Shown here: one piece after another, positions 12,163 to 22,435 of the stretch
How the letters are laid out: every line of letters begins with the position of its first letter
Position numbering within the stretch: position 1 is the first letter of the stretch
Source: Azolla caroliniana
Taxonomy: Eukaryota; Plantae; Polypodiophyta
DNA length: 64,000 bases
NCBI GenBank assembly: GCA_043228905.1
Contig: JBHGNT010000022.1
Location: forward strand, 1,612,001 to 1,676,000
Reading direction: 5' to 3'
Program-made: the position numbers and the translations under genes
Notes under the pieces: generated by a model
Databases searched by the model: none
What the model was told of the DNA's origin: nothing
What the model saw: only the letters and a program-made list of their open reading frames with translations

Positions 12163-12845
12163 CTGCACAGTATTCGGTCCTTCATCCCGCTGTCGGCCGT
12201 CGTCTCAGCCTGCACAACATTCGGTTTCTTGCGTCATTCGAAGAAGAGAGAAGAAGAAGAAAAACGAGGCTTGCATCTCATCGCGTTAGATCATCTTCGC
12301 TTGGAGTAAGCCAGCAGGTTGTACTCTGTTCCTTGTGATCGTAACCGCTCGAGGTGAAATCCCCTTGTGCAACATTGACACGATCGTGCTCCACTCGGTT
12401 AAACGGCATCCGAAGAGGTCATCAAACGCTGCTCGCCGCTCATTGTAACCACTCGGTGCAGATCGGTCTCAAGACAACAACCCCAATTCGTGCTTCATCC
12501 GGCTGATTGACATTCGGGAGGATCAGTTGGATCCGTCTCTCTCATCGCTGCAGTCACCCGAAGCAGAATCGGTCCAGACAATCGGTTTCAATAATCGGTA
12601 TTTGGCATATATATTCGGAAGCGAACCGGGCTCACTCCGACTCGGCAACATTCGGGAAGACCAGTCGGTTCTGTCCCTCAAGTTACCGGAGTCAATTCGA
12701 GCAAGTTCAACAATACATATATCCGAAGCCGAACCGACTCGGGTTCAAATCCGACTAGAACGATATCGGGTGAGCCAACCGGCTGCACTCCAACAAGGTT
12801 CGTAGTCAACTCCGAACCGAGCTTCGTCAACCGAAACCAAATTTG

Positions 12846-13367
12846 ATGGCATCAACATCCGGCTCGTCAGAAATGAGTCTACGAAAGTTCGATGGATCGA
12901 ACTTCAACTTCTGGAAGGAGCAAATGCAGGACTATCTCATAGTCAAGGGGCAAATCGATCCCATCGAAAATGAAGAACCTCCAGAAGGATACAAACCAAT
13001 TGAGTGGCAGAAGCTGGACAAAATCGTCCGCGCCACGATTCGGATGCACCTATCGGAATCGGTATACTTTACGGTGCAATCGTGTACGACAGCATTCGAA
13101 CTGTGGAAAACACTGTCGGACACCTACGAAAAGAAGGTCGTTGCAACGAAGATGTTTCTGATCCGGCGCCTCTACAACTTGCGAATGAAAGAATCAGATT
13201 CGGTTCAAGCACATCTCAATGAGTACGAAAGCATAAGCTCCCAAATCTCATCTCAGGGGACGGCAATCGAGGATGAACTCAGAGCAATGATACTCATGAG
13301 CAGCCTTCCCTCATCATGGGAAACTTTCGTAACATTCTGTGTGCAACGCGTCAACCACGGCTGTTAA
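12846..13367 (+). CDS. D gag N-terminal part (frameshifted near 13335)
   Basis: KFDGSNFNFWKEQMQDYL...LMSSLPSSWETFVT copia gag motifs. Confidence 0.85.
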   Translation: MASTSGSSEMSLRKFDGSNFNFWKEQMQDYLIVKGQIDPIENEEPPEGYKPIEWQKLDKIVRATIRMHLSESVYFTVQSCTTAFELWKTLSDTYEKKVVATKMFLIRRLYNLRMKESDSVQAHLNEYESISSQISSQGTAIEDELRAMILMSSLPSSWETFVTFCVQRVNHGC

Positions 13368-16300
13368 ATACTCCGAAGTCACGAGCGCAATCCTGACCGA
13401 AGCAGCTCGAAGAAAGTCTTTCGCCAAAGACTCAACAGACGACGCTTATGTAGTACAAGGTTCGACAGACCGATCGAACATACGAGGAAGAGATTCCTCA
13501 CGGCAGCCGAACAATCAGCGAAGACGGAGCCAGTCACGGGATAATCGAATCTGCAACTATTGCAAGAAACCAGGACACATCAAAGCCGACTGCCGCGCAC
13601 TCAAGAACAAGAACGACAAGTCTCAGAAATCAGACAAGAAGAGTGGCCGGCATGAGGAGATCAATTACGTCAGCTTCTCAGCTGATGTGCTACCAAACGA
13701 CCCGAATATACTATCAATCGAAGATCTAGTCGGATCAGAAGTTCTGCTCACGACTGAAGAATCGAGCACATGGCTCTTAGATTCGGGCGCGTCATTTCAC
13801 GTGACTCCTCATCGATCCCAATTTCGGCAATATACGATCCGTCACTCCAACTCAGTTCGAGTCGGCAACTCGCAACACTGTGACATCATTGGAATCGGCA
13901 TAGTAGAGCTCAACCTTGCAGGTGGCTCTACACTTGTACTTCACAATGTCCGACATGTACCCGAGCTCTCAAGGCCATTGATCTCAGTCGGACAACTAGA
14001 TGAAGACGGCATTCGTGCCGGTTTTTCTTCGGGAGGGTGGACACTCCACAGGGGGAACCTCCTGCTTGCTAGAGGACCCAAGATACACTCACTGTATCCG
14101 TTACATGTTACGCTCAGAGAGGGTAACCTGTTTTTGGTGGATATTCCTGTGTCATCACTATGGCACAGAAGATTAGGACACCTCAGCAAGGCCGGCATTA
14201 CGCACCTATCTAGAGCCGGATACATCCCTAAACTCTCCTTCTCCGACCATCAATTCTGCGAACATTGCCAGTATGGCAAACAAGCAGCCGCATCACACCC
14301 GACATCAGCACCAAGAGAAACGAGACCTCTCGATTTAGTCCACTCGGACGTCTGTGGCCCAATGCCGCATCAGTCTCTTGGCGGTGCCTCTTACTTCGTC
14401 AGTTTTATTGACGATTCGACTCGAAAGGTGTGGGCTTATCCAATTCGCACCAAAGATCGTGTCTTCTCGATCTTCTCCGATTGGCTCGCTATGGTAGAAA
14501 ATCAAACTGACCGAAAACTGAAATGCTTTCGGACCGACAATGGGGGAGAGTTCAAATCAGAAGAATTCGTCAAATTCTGCCGACAACGCGGCATCCGACG
14601 TGAATTTACGGCACCACACAGTCCGGAGCAAAACGGGATTGCAGAACGCATGAATCGGACAATCCAAGAACGGATAGTTTCCATGCTCCAACACTCCAGA
14701 CTGTCGGATGGCTTCTGGGCAGAGGCTCTACTCACGGCAGTACACATAATCAATATGTCGCCAAGTAGACCTCTAGGACTTCAAATTCCTCAGGAACTAT
14801 GGATCGGCAGTAAGCCGAATTACGACAAGCTGAGGATCTTCGGATGCGAGGCGTACGCCCTTATTCCGAAAGATGATCGCCGAAAACTTGCACCTCGGTC
14901 CAGGAAATGCATTTTCCTTGGATATGGATCAGACGGCGAAATGGGATACCGACTCTGGGACCCCGAACGCAGACAAATCGTTCGAAGTTCGGACGTTGTG
15001 TTCAACGAGTCGGCTATGAATCCATCAGTCGAAAAACCGATCGAAGTCCGAAGGGTAACATTTTCCGATGTGCCGACCCTTCAAGAAGGCCCCGCTCTTA
15101 ACACACGGTCAGCTTCACGGGTAGCTGAACCTTACACCACCGACTCGGACAACTCTGACTCGGCACAGCAGAATAATTCGCTTTCGGACCATCCGACCTC
15201 GATACCCGATGCGACCAGTCCAATCATACCTCGACGATCCGAGAGACTGTCGCAACCTCCGGAGAGGTATTCTCCTGGAATTTTCTTCATCGACGCCGGC
15301 GAACCGACGTCTTACGAAGAAGCATCGACATCTGTCGATTCAGCCACCTGGCATCTGGCGATGGAGTCGGAAATGCACTCCATTCGGGCAAACAAGACTT
15401 GGGATCTGGTCGAACTACCTAAGAATCGACGTGCTCTTCCTTGCAAGTGGGTTTATCGACTAAAAGAGACGTCTGATTCGACCACCCCAAAGTACAAGGC
15501 CAGATTAGTTGCGAAGGGCTTCCGACAAGAATATAGCGTCGACTTCGACGAGATTTTTTCACCAGTGGTGAAAATGACAACCCTTCGTTTTCTACTCGGC
15601 GTAGTGGCAGCCGACAACTTGGAGCTGATTCAGCTAGATGTCAAAACAGCCTTCCTCCATGGTGATCTTGAAGAGGAAATTTATATGGAACAGCCAAAAG
15701 GCTTCGTGGCAACTGGCCAAGAACATCTAGTCTGCCGACTCAGGAAGAGTCTATACGGCCTCAAACAGGCACCGCGACAATGGTACAAGAAGTTCGACGA
15801 CTTCATCCAATCGATCGGCTTCTCAAAAAGCGATGAGGACCATTGTCTTTTTACCAACACAGCTCAAGATGGATCACCCATCTTCCTCATCATCTACGTG
15901 GACGACATGCTAATTTCTGGACGCCACGCGGGCGAACTTGCCGATCTCATTCGGCAACTGCGGTTGAAGTTTGCCATGAAGGACCTCGGTCCGGCACGAC
16001 ACATACTCGGCATGAAGATTAGTCGGCATCGCGACAAACGACATCTTTTTTTGTCTCAGACCGACTATATCGGACGTGTCTTGGAACGCTTCAACATGCA
16101 ATCAGCCAAATCTGCTTCAACCCCGCTCCCCATGAATCTTCGGCTCTCTCAGCGAGACTGCCCGACATCCGGTCCGGAGGGGGAAGATATGAAGTCGGTA
16201 CCGTATGCACCGGCAGTCGGCTCCCTTATGTACCTGATGGTCGCGACACGGCCTGATATCTCTCATGCCGTAGGAGTCGTTATCAGATTTATGCACAATC

Positions 16301-16878
16301 CTGGCCGATCGCATTGGAACGCAGTCAAGCATGTGTTCAAATATCTGGCTGGCACAAAAGATCATGGCATTCTTTTCGGTCCGAACTCAACCTCAGGCGT
16401 AGTCGGTTACACCGACTCGGACTTCGCCGGATGTATAGACAGTCGGAAATCAACAACCAGATACTGCTTCAAATTCGGCAATGGAGCAATTTCGTGGAAG
16501 TCGAAACTTCAGGAGTGCACAACGACCTCAACGACCGAAGCAGAATATGTAGCTGCGTCCGACGCTGCAAAAGAAGCTTTGTGGCTCGGCCGGCTGGCGC
16601 ACACGTTTCGACAAGTCGACCATGACTCGGCCCCAGTTGTCTATAGCGACAGTCAAGGTGCTGTTGCCTTGTCGAAAAATCCGGTTCACCACAACGCCTC
16701 CAAACATATCGACGTTCGATATCACTTCGTTCGGGACTGTGTCATTTCAGGGAAAATCGGTCTAGAGAAAATATCCACAACCGACAATGTCGCAGATGGA
16801 ATGACCAAGTGTCTTTCGGCAGACCGCTTTCGGTCCCTTCGGCATCAGATGGGCGTAACGACAAACCAGTCCGGTTAG
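13339..16878 (+). CDS. D gag C-terminus plus pol (knuckle, protease, integrase, RT, RNase H), 1179 aa open
   Basis: CNYCKKPGHIKADC, LLDSGAS, HSDVCGP, TDNGGEF, YVDD, ADGMTK. Confidence 0.93.
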   Translation: MCNASTTAVKYSEVTSAILTEAARRKSFAKDSTDDAYVVQGSTDRSNIRGRDSSRQPNNQRRRSQSRDNRICNYCKKPGHIKADCRALKNKNDKSQKSDKKSGRHEEINYVSFSADVLPNDPNILSIEDLVGSEVLLTTEESSTWLLDSGASFHVTPHRSQFRQYTIRHSNSVRVGNSQHCDIIGIGIVELNLAGGSTLVLHNVRHVPELSRPLISVGQLDEDGIRAGFSSGGWTLHRGNLLLARGPKIHSLYPLHVTLREGNLFLVDIPVSSLWHRRLGHLSKAGITHLSRAGYIPKLSFSDHQFCEHCQYGKQAAASHPTSAPRETRPLDLVHSDVCGPMPHQSLGGASYFVSFIDDSTRKVWAYPIRTKDRVFSIFSDWLAMVENQTDRKLKCFRTDNGGEFKSEEFVKFCRQRGIRREFTAPHSPEQNGIAERMNRTIQERIVSMLQHSRLSDGFWAEALLTAVHIINMSPSRPLGLQIPQELWIGSKPNYDKLRIFGCEAYALIPKDDRRKLAPRSRKCIFLGYGSDGEMGYRLWDPERRQIVRSSDVVFNESAMNPSVEKPIEVRRVTFSDVPTLQEGPALNTRSASRVAEPYTTDSDNSDSAQQNNSLSDHPTSIPDATSPIIPRRSERLSQPPERYSPGIFFIDAGEPTSYEEASTSVDSATWHLAMESEMHSIRANKTWDLVELPKNRRALPCKWVYRLKETSDSTTPKYKARLVAKGFRQEYSVDFDEIFSPVVKMTTLRFLLGVVAADNLELIQLDVKTAFLHGDLEEEIYMEQPKGFVATGQEHLVCRLRKSLYGLKQAPRQWYKKFDDFIQSIGFSKSDEDHCLFTNTAQDGSPIFLIIYVDDMLISGRHAGELADLIRQLRLKFAMKDLGPARHILGMKISRHRDKRHLFLSQTDYIGRVLERFNMQSAKSASTPLPMNLRLSQRDCPTSGPEGEDMKSVPYAPAVGSLMYLMVATRPDISHAVGVVIRFMHNPGRSHWNAVKHVFKYLAGTKDHGILFGPNSTSGVVGYTDSDFAGCIDSRKSTTRYCFKFGNGAISWKSKLQECTTTSTTEAEYVAASDAAKEALWLGRLAHTFRQVDHDSAPVVYSDSQGAVALSKNPVHHNASKHIDVRYHFVRDCVISGKIGLEKISTTDNVADGMTKCLSADRFRSLRHQMGVTTNQSG

Positions 16879-17071
16879 AGTCGGACACAACGCAGGATGG
16901 TTTCAGACAACCGACATCAGTTCCTTAATGATCGGCTTCAACTCTTCCGACCCGACCAGTCCGGTCTTCTGCCTTCGGACCCTGCCGACTCGAACAAAAC
17001 TGATATGTCCGAGAACCTAGGTTTATACCTGTAATCTTAGATAACCCATGTATACGCCCATTACGGGGGAG

Positions 17072-17371
17072 TGTCGAATACAAGTGTATAATGGACGTAT
17101 TCACACTATCCCTTTGTATAGATCAAGTTTGGGCCATTTGTGTAATTAGCATAAATGGTATTTGCCCTAAGTCGGTCACTATATATAGTGACCTTGTAAC
17201 CTTTTTGTAAGGTTGGTTGTATTATTGTTTCTATTGAATAGAAAGTCTTTTGTGCCTTCTCTCTCTCTGTCTCTGTCTCTGTGCACGATCTTGCAAACTG
17301 TCATACGCAGGTTCTCAACCCCAATCGAATGCTACTTGATCTTCCGCATCGACACGGCCTTGTCTTCAACA
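17072..17371 (+). repeat. D 3' LTR
   Basis: Follows PPT gggggag; matches the 5' LTR. Confidence 0.95.
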
Positions 17372-19293
17372 GATGGCATAGCCGAATGATAAGATATCTT
17401 GCGGATATCGCCATTCCCTTACATACAACAGTACACAAAGTTCCTTTTCAGTGGACAAGTGTGGAACATGATGCATATGATTGTCTGAAGAAAATGTTGG
17501 CCAAAGTTCCAATCGTTCAACCACTTGATTGGAATAAGCCATTCCATGTTTTTGTCGACGCATCGGACATCGCAATCGGAAGTGCATTAATGCAGTTAAC
17601 CGAACTGAATTGGTACAGGCCAGTTTACTATGCTAGTCGGAAACTCTCGACAACAGAAAGAAATTACTCTACCACTGAGAGGGAAGCTTTAGGAATGATC
17701 TATAGTGTCAATAAATTTCGACACTATCTTTTGGGGAAAAAGTTTACGTTTCATGTTGATCATTCGGCTCTTCTTTATTTGGTCTCGAAACAAGAGTTAA
17801 CTGGCAAGTTAGCAAGATGGACTCTTCTACTCCAAGAATTCGAATTTGACATTTTACATCGGCCAGGAGTACAACATGCAGTGGCCGATTATCTCAGTCG
17901 ACTGGAGTCAAGAGAAGAAGGCACAAGTGTCAAGGATGATTTTCCGGATGGCCAACTTTTTCGAGTGGACGCAGTAAATGCATAGGTTGTAAATGAAGAA
18001 AGTGAGGATGGTTGGATCTCAGAAATGACAATCTTTCTTACAACAGGGTTACCACCCAAGCATCTGTCGGCAGACGAAAGGAAAAGGTTGGCAGTACGGA
18101 GTCGTAATTTTTGTCTTTTGAACGACACTCTATATCATAAAGGAGGATATGGTATTTGGAGAAGAACAGTACGACAATTTGAAAAATTGGTCATTCTTCG
18201 GGAATCACATTGTGGAATTGCAGGAGGAAACTATGCTGGAGAAACCACAACAAGAAAAATATGGAACAGTGGCTTATGGTGGCCGACAGTGATGAAGGAT
18301 GCAGTCGAATATTGTCAGAAATATGATTTATGCCAACGTATGAAACAACCGATAGAAAAGGACCGGATGCTGTTTCAACCTGTGTTACCTCTTGAACCTT
18401 TCTAGAAATGGGGTTTGGATTTTGTAGGCCCATTCAAACCGGCAACAGTAAGAATAGGCAATAGATATATTATAGTGGCCACTGACTACTATACGAAGTG
18501 GGTAGAAGCTAAAGCTCTTAGGGATAATACGGCAGCTTCAACAACAAAATTTTTGTACAAAAGTATATGGTGTAGATTCGGCTGCCCAATAGAATTAGTG
18601 GGCGATCAAGTTACGCATTTCAAATTGTCTACCTACTATGCAGTGGTTCATAAGAAAAGCATGCCTTACTATCCACAAGTGAATGGATTGGCAGAGTCAA
18701 CAAACAAAACCCTACAGACAATACTCAAGAAGATAGTAAATGAGAATCGTACGGACTGGGATCAAAAGTTGCATAGTGCTTTATGGGCATATCGCACGTC
18801 GTACAAAACATCTATTAAATCAACACCTTTCCGAATGGCTTTCGGATTGGAGGCAGTTATGCCAATCAAATTCCAGATTCCGACACTTCGAATACAAGCA
18901 ACCAAAAAATTAAATGAACTACAATCGAAGCAATTTTGGAAAGAATCTTTATTGATGTTAGAAGAAGACCGAATACAAGCTATGACAGCTTTGGAGCACA
19001 AGCAAAGGCAAACGAAGGCATTTGTAAATTGACACTGACGAAAAACCGAATCTCAATTCGGAATCGGGAAACCATTACTGGTTTTCTAGACCAAGATGGG
19101 GGCGATGCCAGGAAAACTTCGGTATAGATGGACGGGACCAGTTTGGATCGTGAACAGTAAAAATGGTACGTATCATCAACTAGGAGCACTATTAGGTGAG
19201 ATTTTACCGAAATGGGTCAATGGTTTCCGACTTAAGCCATATCATGGACACATGCAAGAAAATCCATTCAAGGCTGAACCGGAAGAAAAGTAA
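17372..19293 (+). pseudogene. C1 RT connection, RNase H and integrase
   Basis: FVDASDIAIG, ERNYSTTEREAL, HCG...GLWWP, DFVGP, NGLAESTNK, WAYRT. Confidence 0.9.
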
Positions 19294-19642
19294 AAAAAGA
19301 AAAAAAAACTAACTATAGAATATTTTCTTGCCAAATCATAACTAACTGTCACGAAAAGATTCTTGGAGTAATTTCAGAAGGCTATAAGTAAAAGTAGTGC
19401 AAACATATTTCTATTAGTCATGATTACTATTTCTAGCCATTACTCCACTAGTACGCCTAGTCGTTACCACATTAATAGTACTTTTATTCCCTAGGCATCA
19501 TGCAAAAAATTATTCCCTTAAAAAACCTATTTCTGTAATGATTGTTTCACCACAGAAGTAGAAATGCATTCGACCTCACAGGTTTTCTGATCTTATTCGC
19601 CATAGCCCAAACCGTTTCTCACCGCCACCACAGAGTGACGAT

Positions 19643-22262
19643 CTGTCAATCGACGATGACAACATGCCGATTGTCGTATCTGATAACCTGCGTCGCTGGC
19701 TCATTCACAATAATTTACAAGGATTCTTGAAAGGCGCAGAAGCAGAACCGCACCCGAACGCGGAAGCTTTGATGGCAGAAATCGATGTCTCGACGATCAC
19801 AAATAAGAAGGTAAGAGCCGTGTTGGAGATGCCAAGAGGCGGGTTCGACGCTGTTAACAAGGTCACAGAGGATGGTTTGCGGTCCTATTTCGGTGAATAT
19901 TTTCTCTCTGCCAAAGCGTATCAGACACAAGGAGGTAGGGACATGTTTTTTCATGAAGTTGCAAAATTTTTATTGGAAGTAGGGTTTGTTAGTCCGAGAT
20001 TCTACTGTATGCCCAAAAAGAGGGCCGGATTTATCCTCGCCGCTTATGAAGGCGAAGCTTTCGATTGGGGGCTACTGTCGGCAGATGCTCTGAGAGAGCA
20101 ACTGAATGGAGTTTAGAAGGGAAAACCAATGAAGCCGATTTTTGCTCGTTGGTTATCAGTATTATTTCCGACTTCAGAGCCGGAAAACCGATCAGAGGTG
20201 CATCGGCCGCCTCAGGTATAGTCATCCCGAACCCGATGACAAGTCCAACGGGAAGAGTGGAGGGAAGAAGAATCAACGCAGGACGATACCACTCAGACCG
20301 AATTTGACCAACCGGACCCAAGGCAACAACAAGAATCAGAACAACAACAGTCGACGCAGTCTCAACAGTCGACACCACAACCCGAACTTGCCCAACAATT
20401 GTCGACTCAACAATTGAAGTTTCAACCACAGAGGACACAACAACCCTCACAACAACAGGAATCCTCACAACAGCAGGAATCGAGATGAGTCAACATTGAC
20501 CAACAACCGCTGAAGCAACGCAGGGGTTAAACAACGGTCCCAAAGATATTCTAGACCAGAGCAAGAACAACCTGCGTAGAAGAAATAGAGAACTAACGAT
20601 CAAGCCACCCAAAGCACACAAGTACCTCGTGTCAATCCAGATGACACGTCAAGAGTTCAAAAAGGGCAGGCATCAACGACAACGGTGCAAGAGGCACTCG
20701 GTTTTTCTGACATCCCGACAATAGCACATGAGCTAGCTGCCATTCTGTAGTTCGGAACATCATATGAACTGGTAGAATGGTTAGCTAAAAGACTTCAAGA
20801 AGTGTCAGAAAGAACGGCGCAAGAGCACCGAGATCAAATAATGATCCAAAAGTCATTATGTGGAGCTGTCGAACCCAACGAGCACGCGGAAGTGGATAGA
20901 ATTGGTCGATAGCAAAATGCTAAAAATAGAGGTGAAGCCATTCAGATAACACCATTACATCAGGCACTGGTGGAAGTCCACTGAGAATATGAAAAGGCTA
21001 GCAGAGCGGCCAGGGATATGGCCGAATTATACAAATAGGCTACAACAACTGCATATGTGCTTAATGCACAGTATAAACGGATGCAGGCAGAAAATCAACA
21101 GTTGAAGAATAAACTGCAAGAAGAACAAGTGGCTCTAGAAAAAGCGAGAGAATAGATATTACAGCCAGAGTCACAAAGACAACCTTTGGAGACGGATTCG
21201 GAATTACAAAAGAGGTTGGACCAAGCCGAAAAAGCACGAAGAGAGGCAGAAATTAGGGCAGAAAAGACCGAAGACAGGTCTAGAGAAATGGAGGCTCGAT
21301 TACAGTTGGCAAAAACGACGGCCGACAGATGTTTGGGGGAAAAAGATAATGTGATACAAGATTTACGCCGACAGTTAGCCCAACAGCAAGAGGCTACAAG
21401 GCAACAAGTCGAGGAACTGGAAGAGTATTTCAACATCCAAGAGACTTGTTTTACAACACAGTTGGCTGGTAAAGACAAGCTAATAGACGAAATCAACAAA
21501 AAAATGATTCAGCAGCAGAACGATTGGAATGAAGAGAAAGCGAAGCTAGAAAACCGATGTGCAGAAGTTCAAACGGTCTTCGAGAAAAGGCGACTGGACC
21601 TCTTAGTGGCACAAGCTAAATTGATGCAGGCAGAAGGGCATACCAATGCGGTAATCATTGATTTGCGGAAAACATTGGCAATATCACAATTTGTGGCTAG
21701 AATGACTCAGGATAGGGTTCAATCAATCATTAGACGTCATTGACTTAACACCCTAAAATTGGTCAATGAATCGCTGGAGAAGGGCTGGCAAACATGGTCG
21801 GCGCAAGCCGCGGAGCTTCAGCTATTAAGAGCCAACAGAGAAAATAGGAAAGTTCAGAGGAAAGGCTTCCTTAAGATGTCAGAGGAAGCAATGACCACAG
21901 TTCAAGAAGATATTGCTAAGGACCTATACGACATGGCGGCTTATTTTAGAGAAGAAATTAACCGAATCATGCAGGAATTCGACAAGCATGATGTCGAGAC
22001 ATCCGTCGAGTTAGACAATATCGAAGCCGAAAGAATAACCAAAACACTTGGACTCGGAGCACCAGAGTCAGCAGAGCCAAGACCATCGACCAGAGAAGCC
22101 CGCCAGGAAAACAATGACGGGGAGGGCACCGAAGATAAAGACGAAGACGAGGTAGGCGTGGCAACATAGGAAGCAGAACCCTCATTATTCGACATTCTGC
22201 AGGACGACGCAGACGATGATTTGGAGATGAAGGAAGATCTTTCCTTAGAGCAGTAGGAGTGA
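19643..22262 (+). pseudogene. C1 extra sense ORF2 (globular N-terminus, Q/P/T linker, long coiled coil, acidic tail)
   Basis: Pieces 19664-20116, 21186-21743, 21759-22169; colinear homolog in C2. Confidence 0.8.
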
Positions 22263-22274
22263 AGGAAAGCAGCC

Positions 22275-22435
22275 AATCCTACTACCTATAATTATCAAGA
22301 ATTACAAAACTTCGTAACTAACTATGTCCTATTCGGCTATCTACTGAGTCATCGATCGGAATTGTCGATCTGACTCTGACTCTGACTCTGAACATCTTTC
22401 CGACTCCGACGCATCCATACTTTGTCCAAGTAACA
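22275..22435 (-). repeat. Family C LTR fragment (U3 start), inverted relative to C1
   Basis: Matches 43914-44049; terminus ...gtaaca abuts B2 coding sequence. Confidence 0.85.

Larger units (their letters stand above)
11849..17371 (+). mobile_element. Full-length young Ty1/copia element D with TSD GATGG
   Basis: TG...CA 300-bp LTRs, TSD gatgg at 11844-11848 and 17372-17376, PBS, PPT, near-complete polyprotein. Confidence 0.97.
9202..22265 (+). mobile_element. Ty3/gypsy non-chromovirus element C1 (Athila/Phygy/Selgy-like), both LTRs lost, hosts D
   Basis: gag with Zn knuckles, RT (FLDGFSGYNQ, FLDD), RNase H, integrase in gypsy order, tail VNGFRLKPY, extra ORF. Confidence 0.88.
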
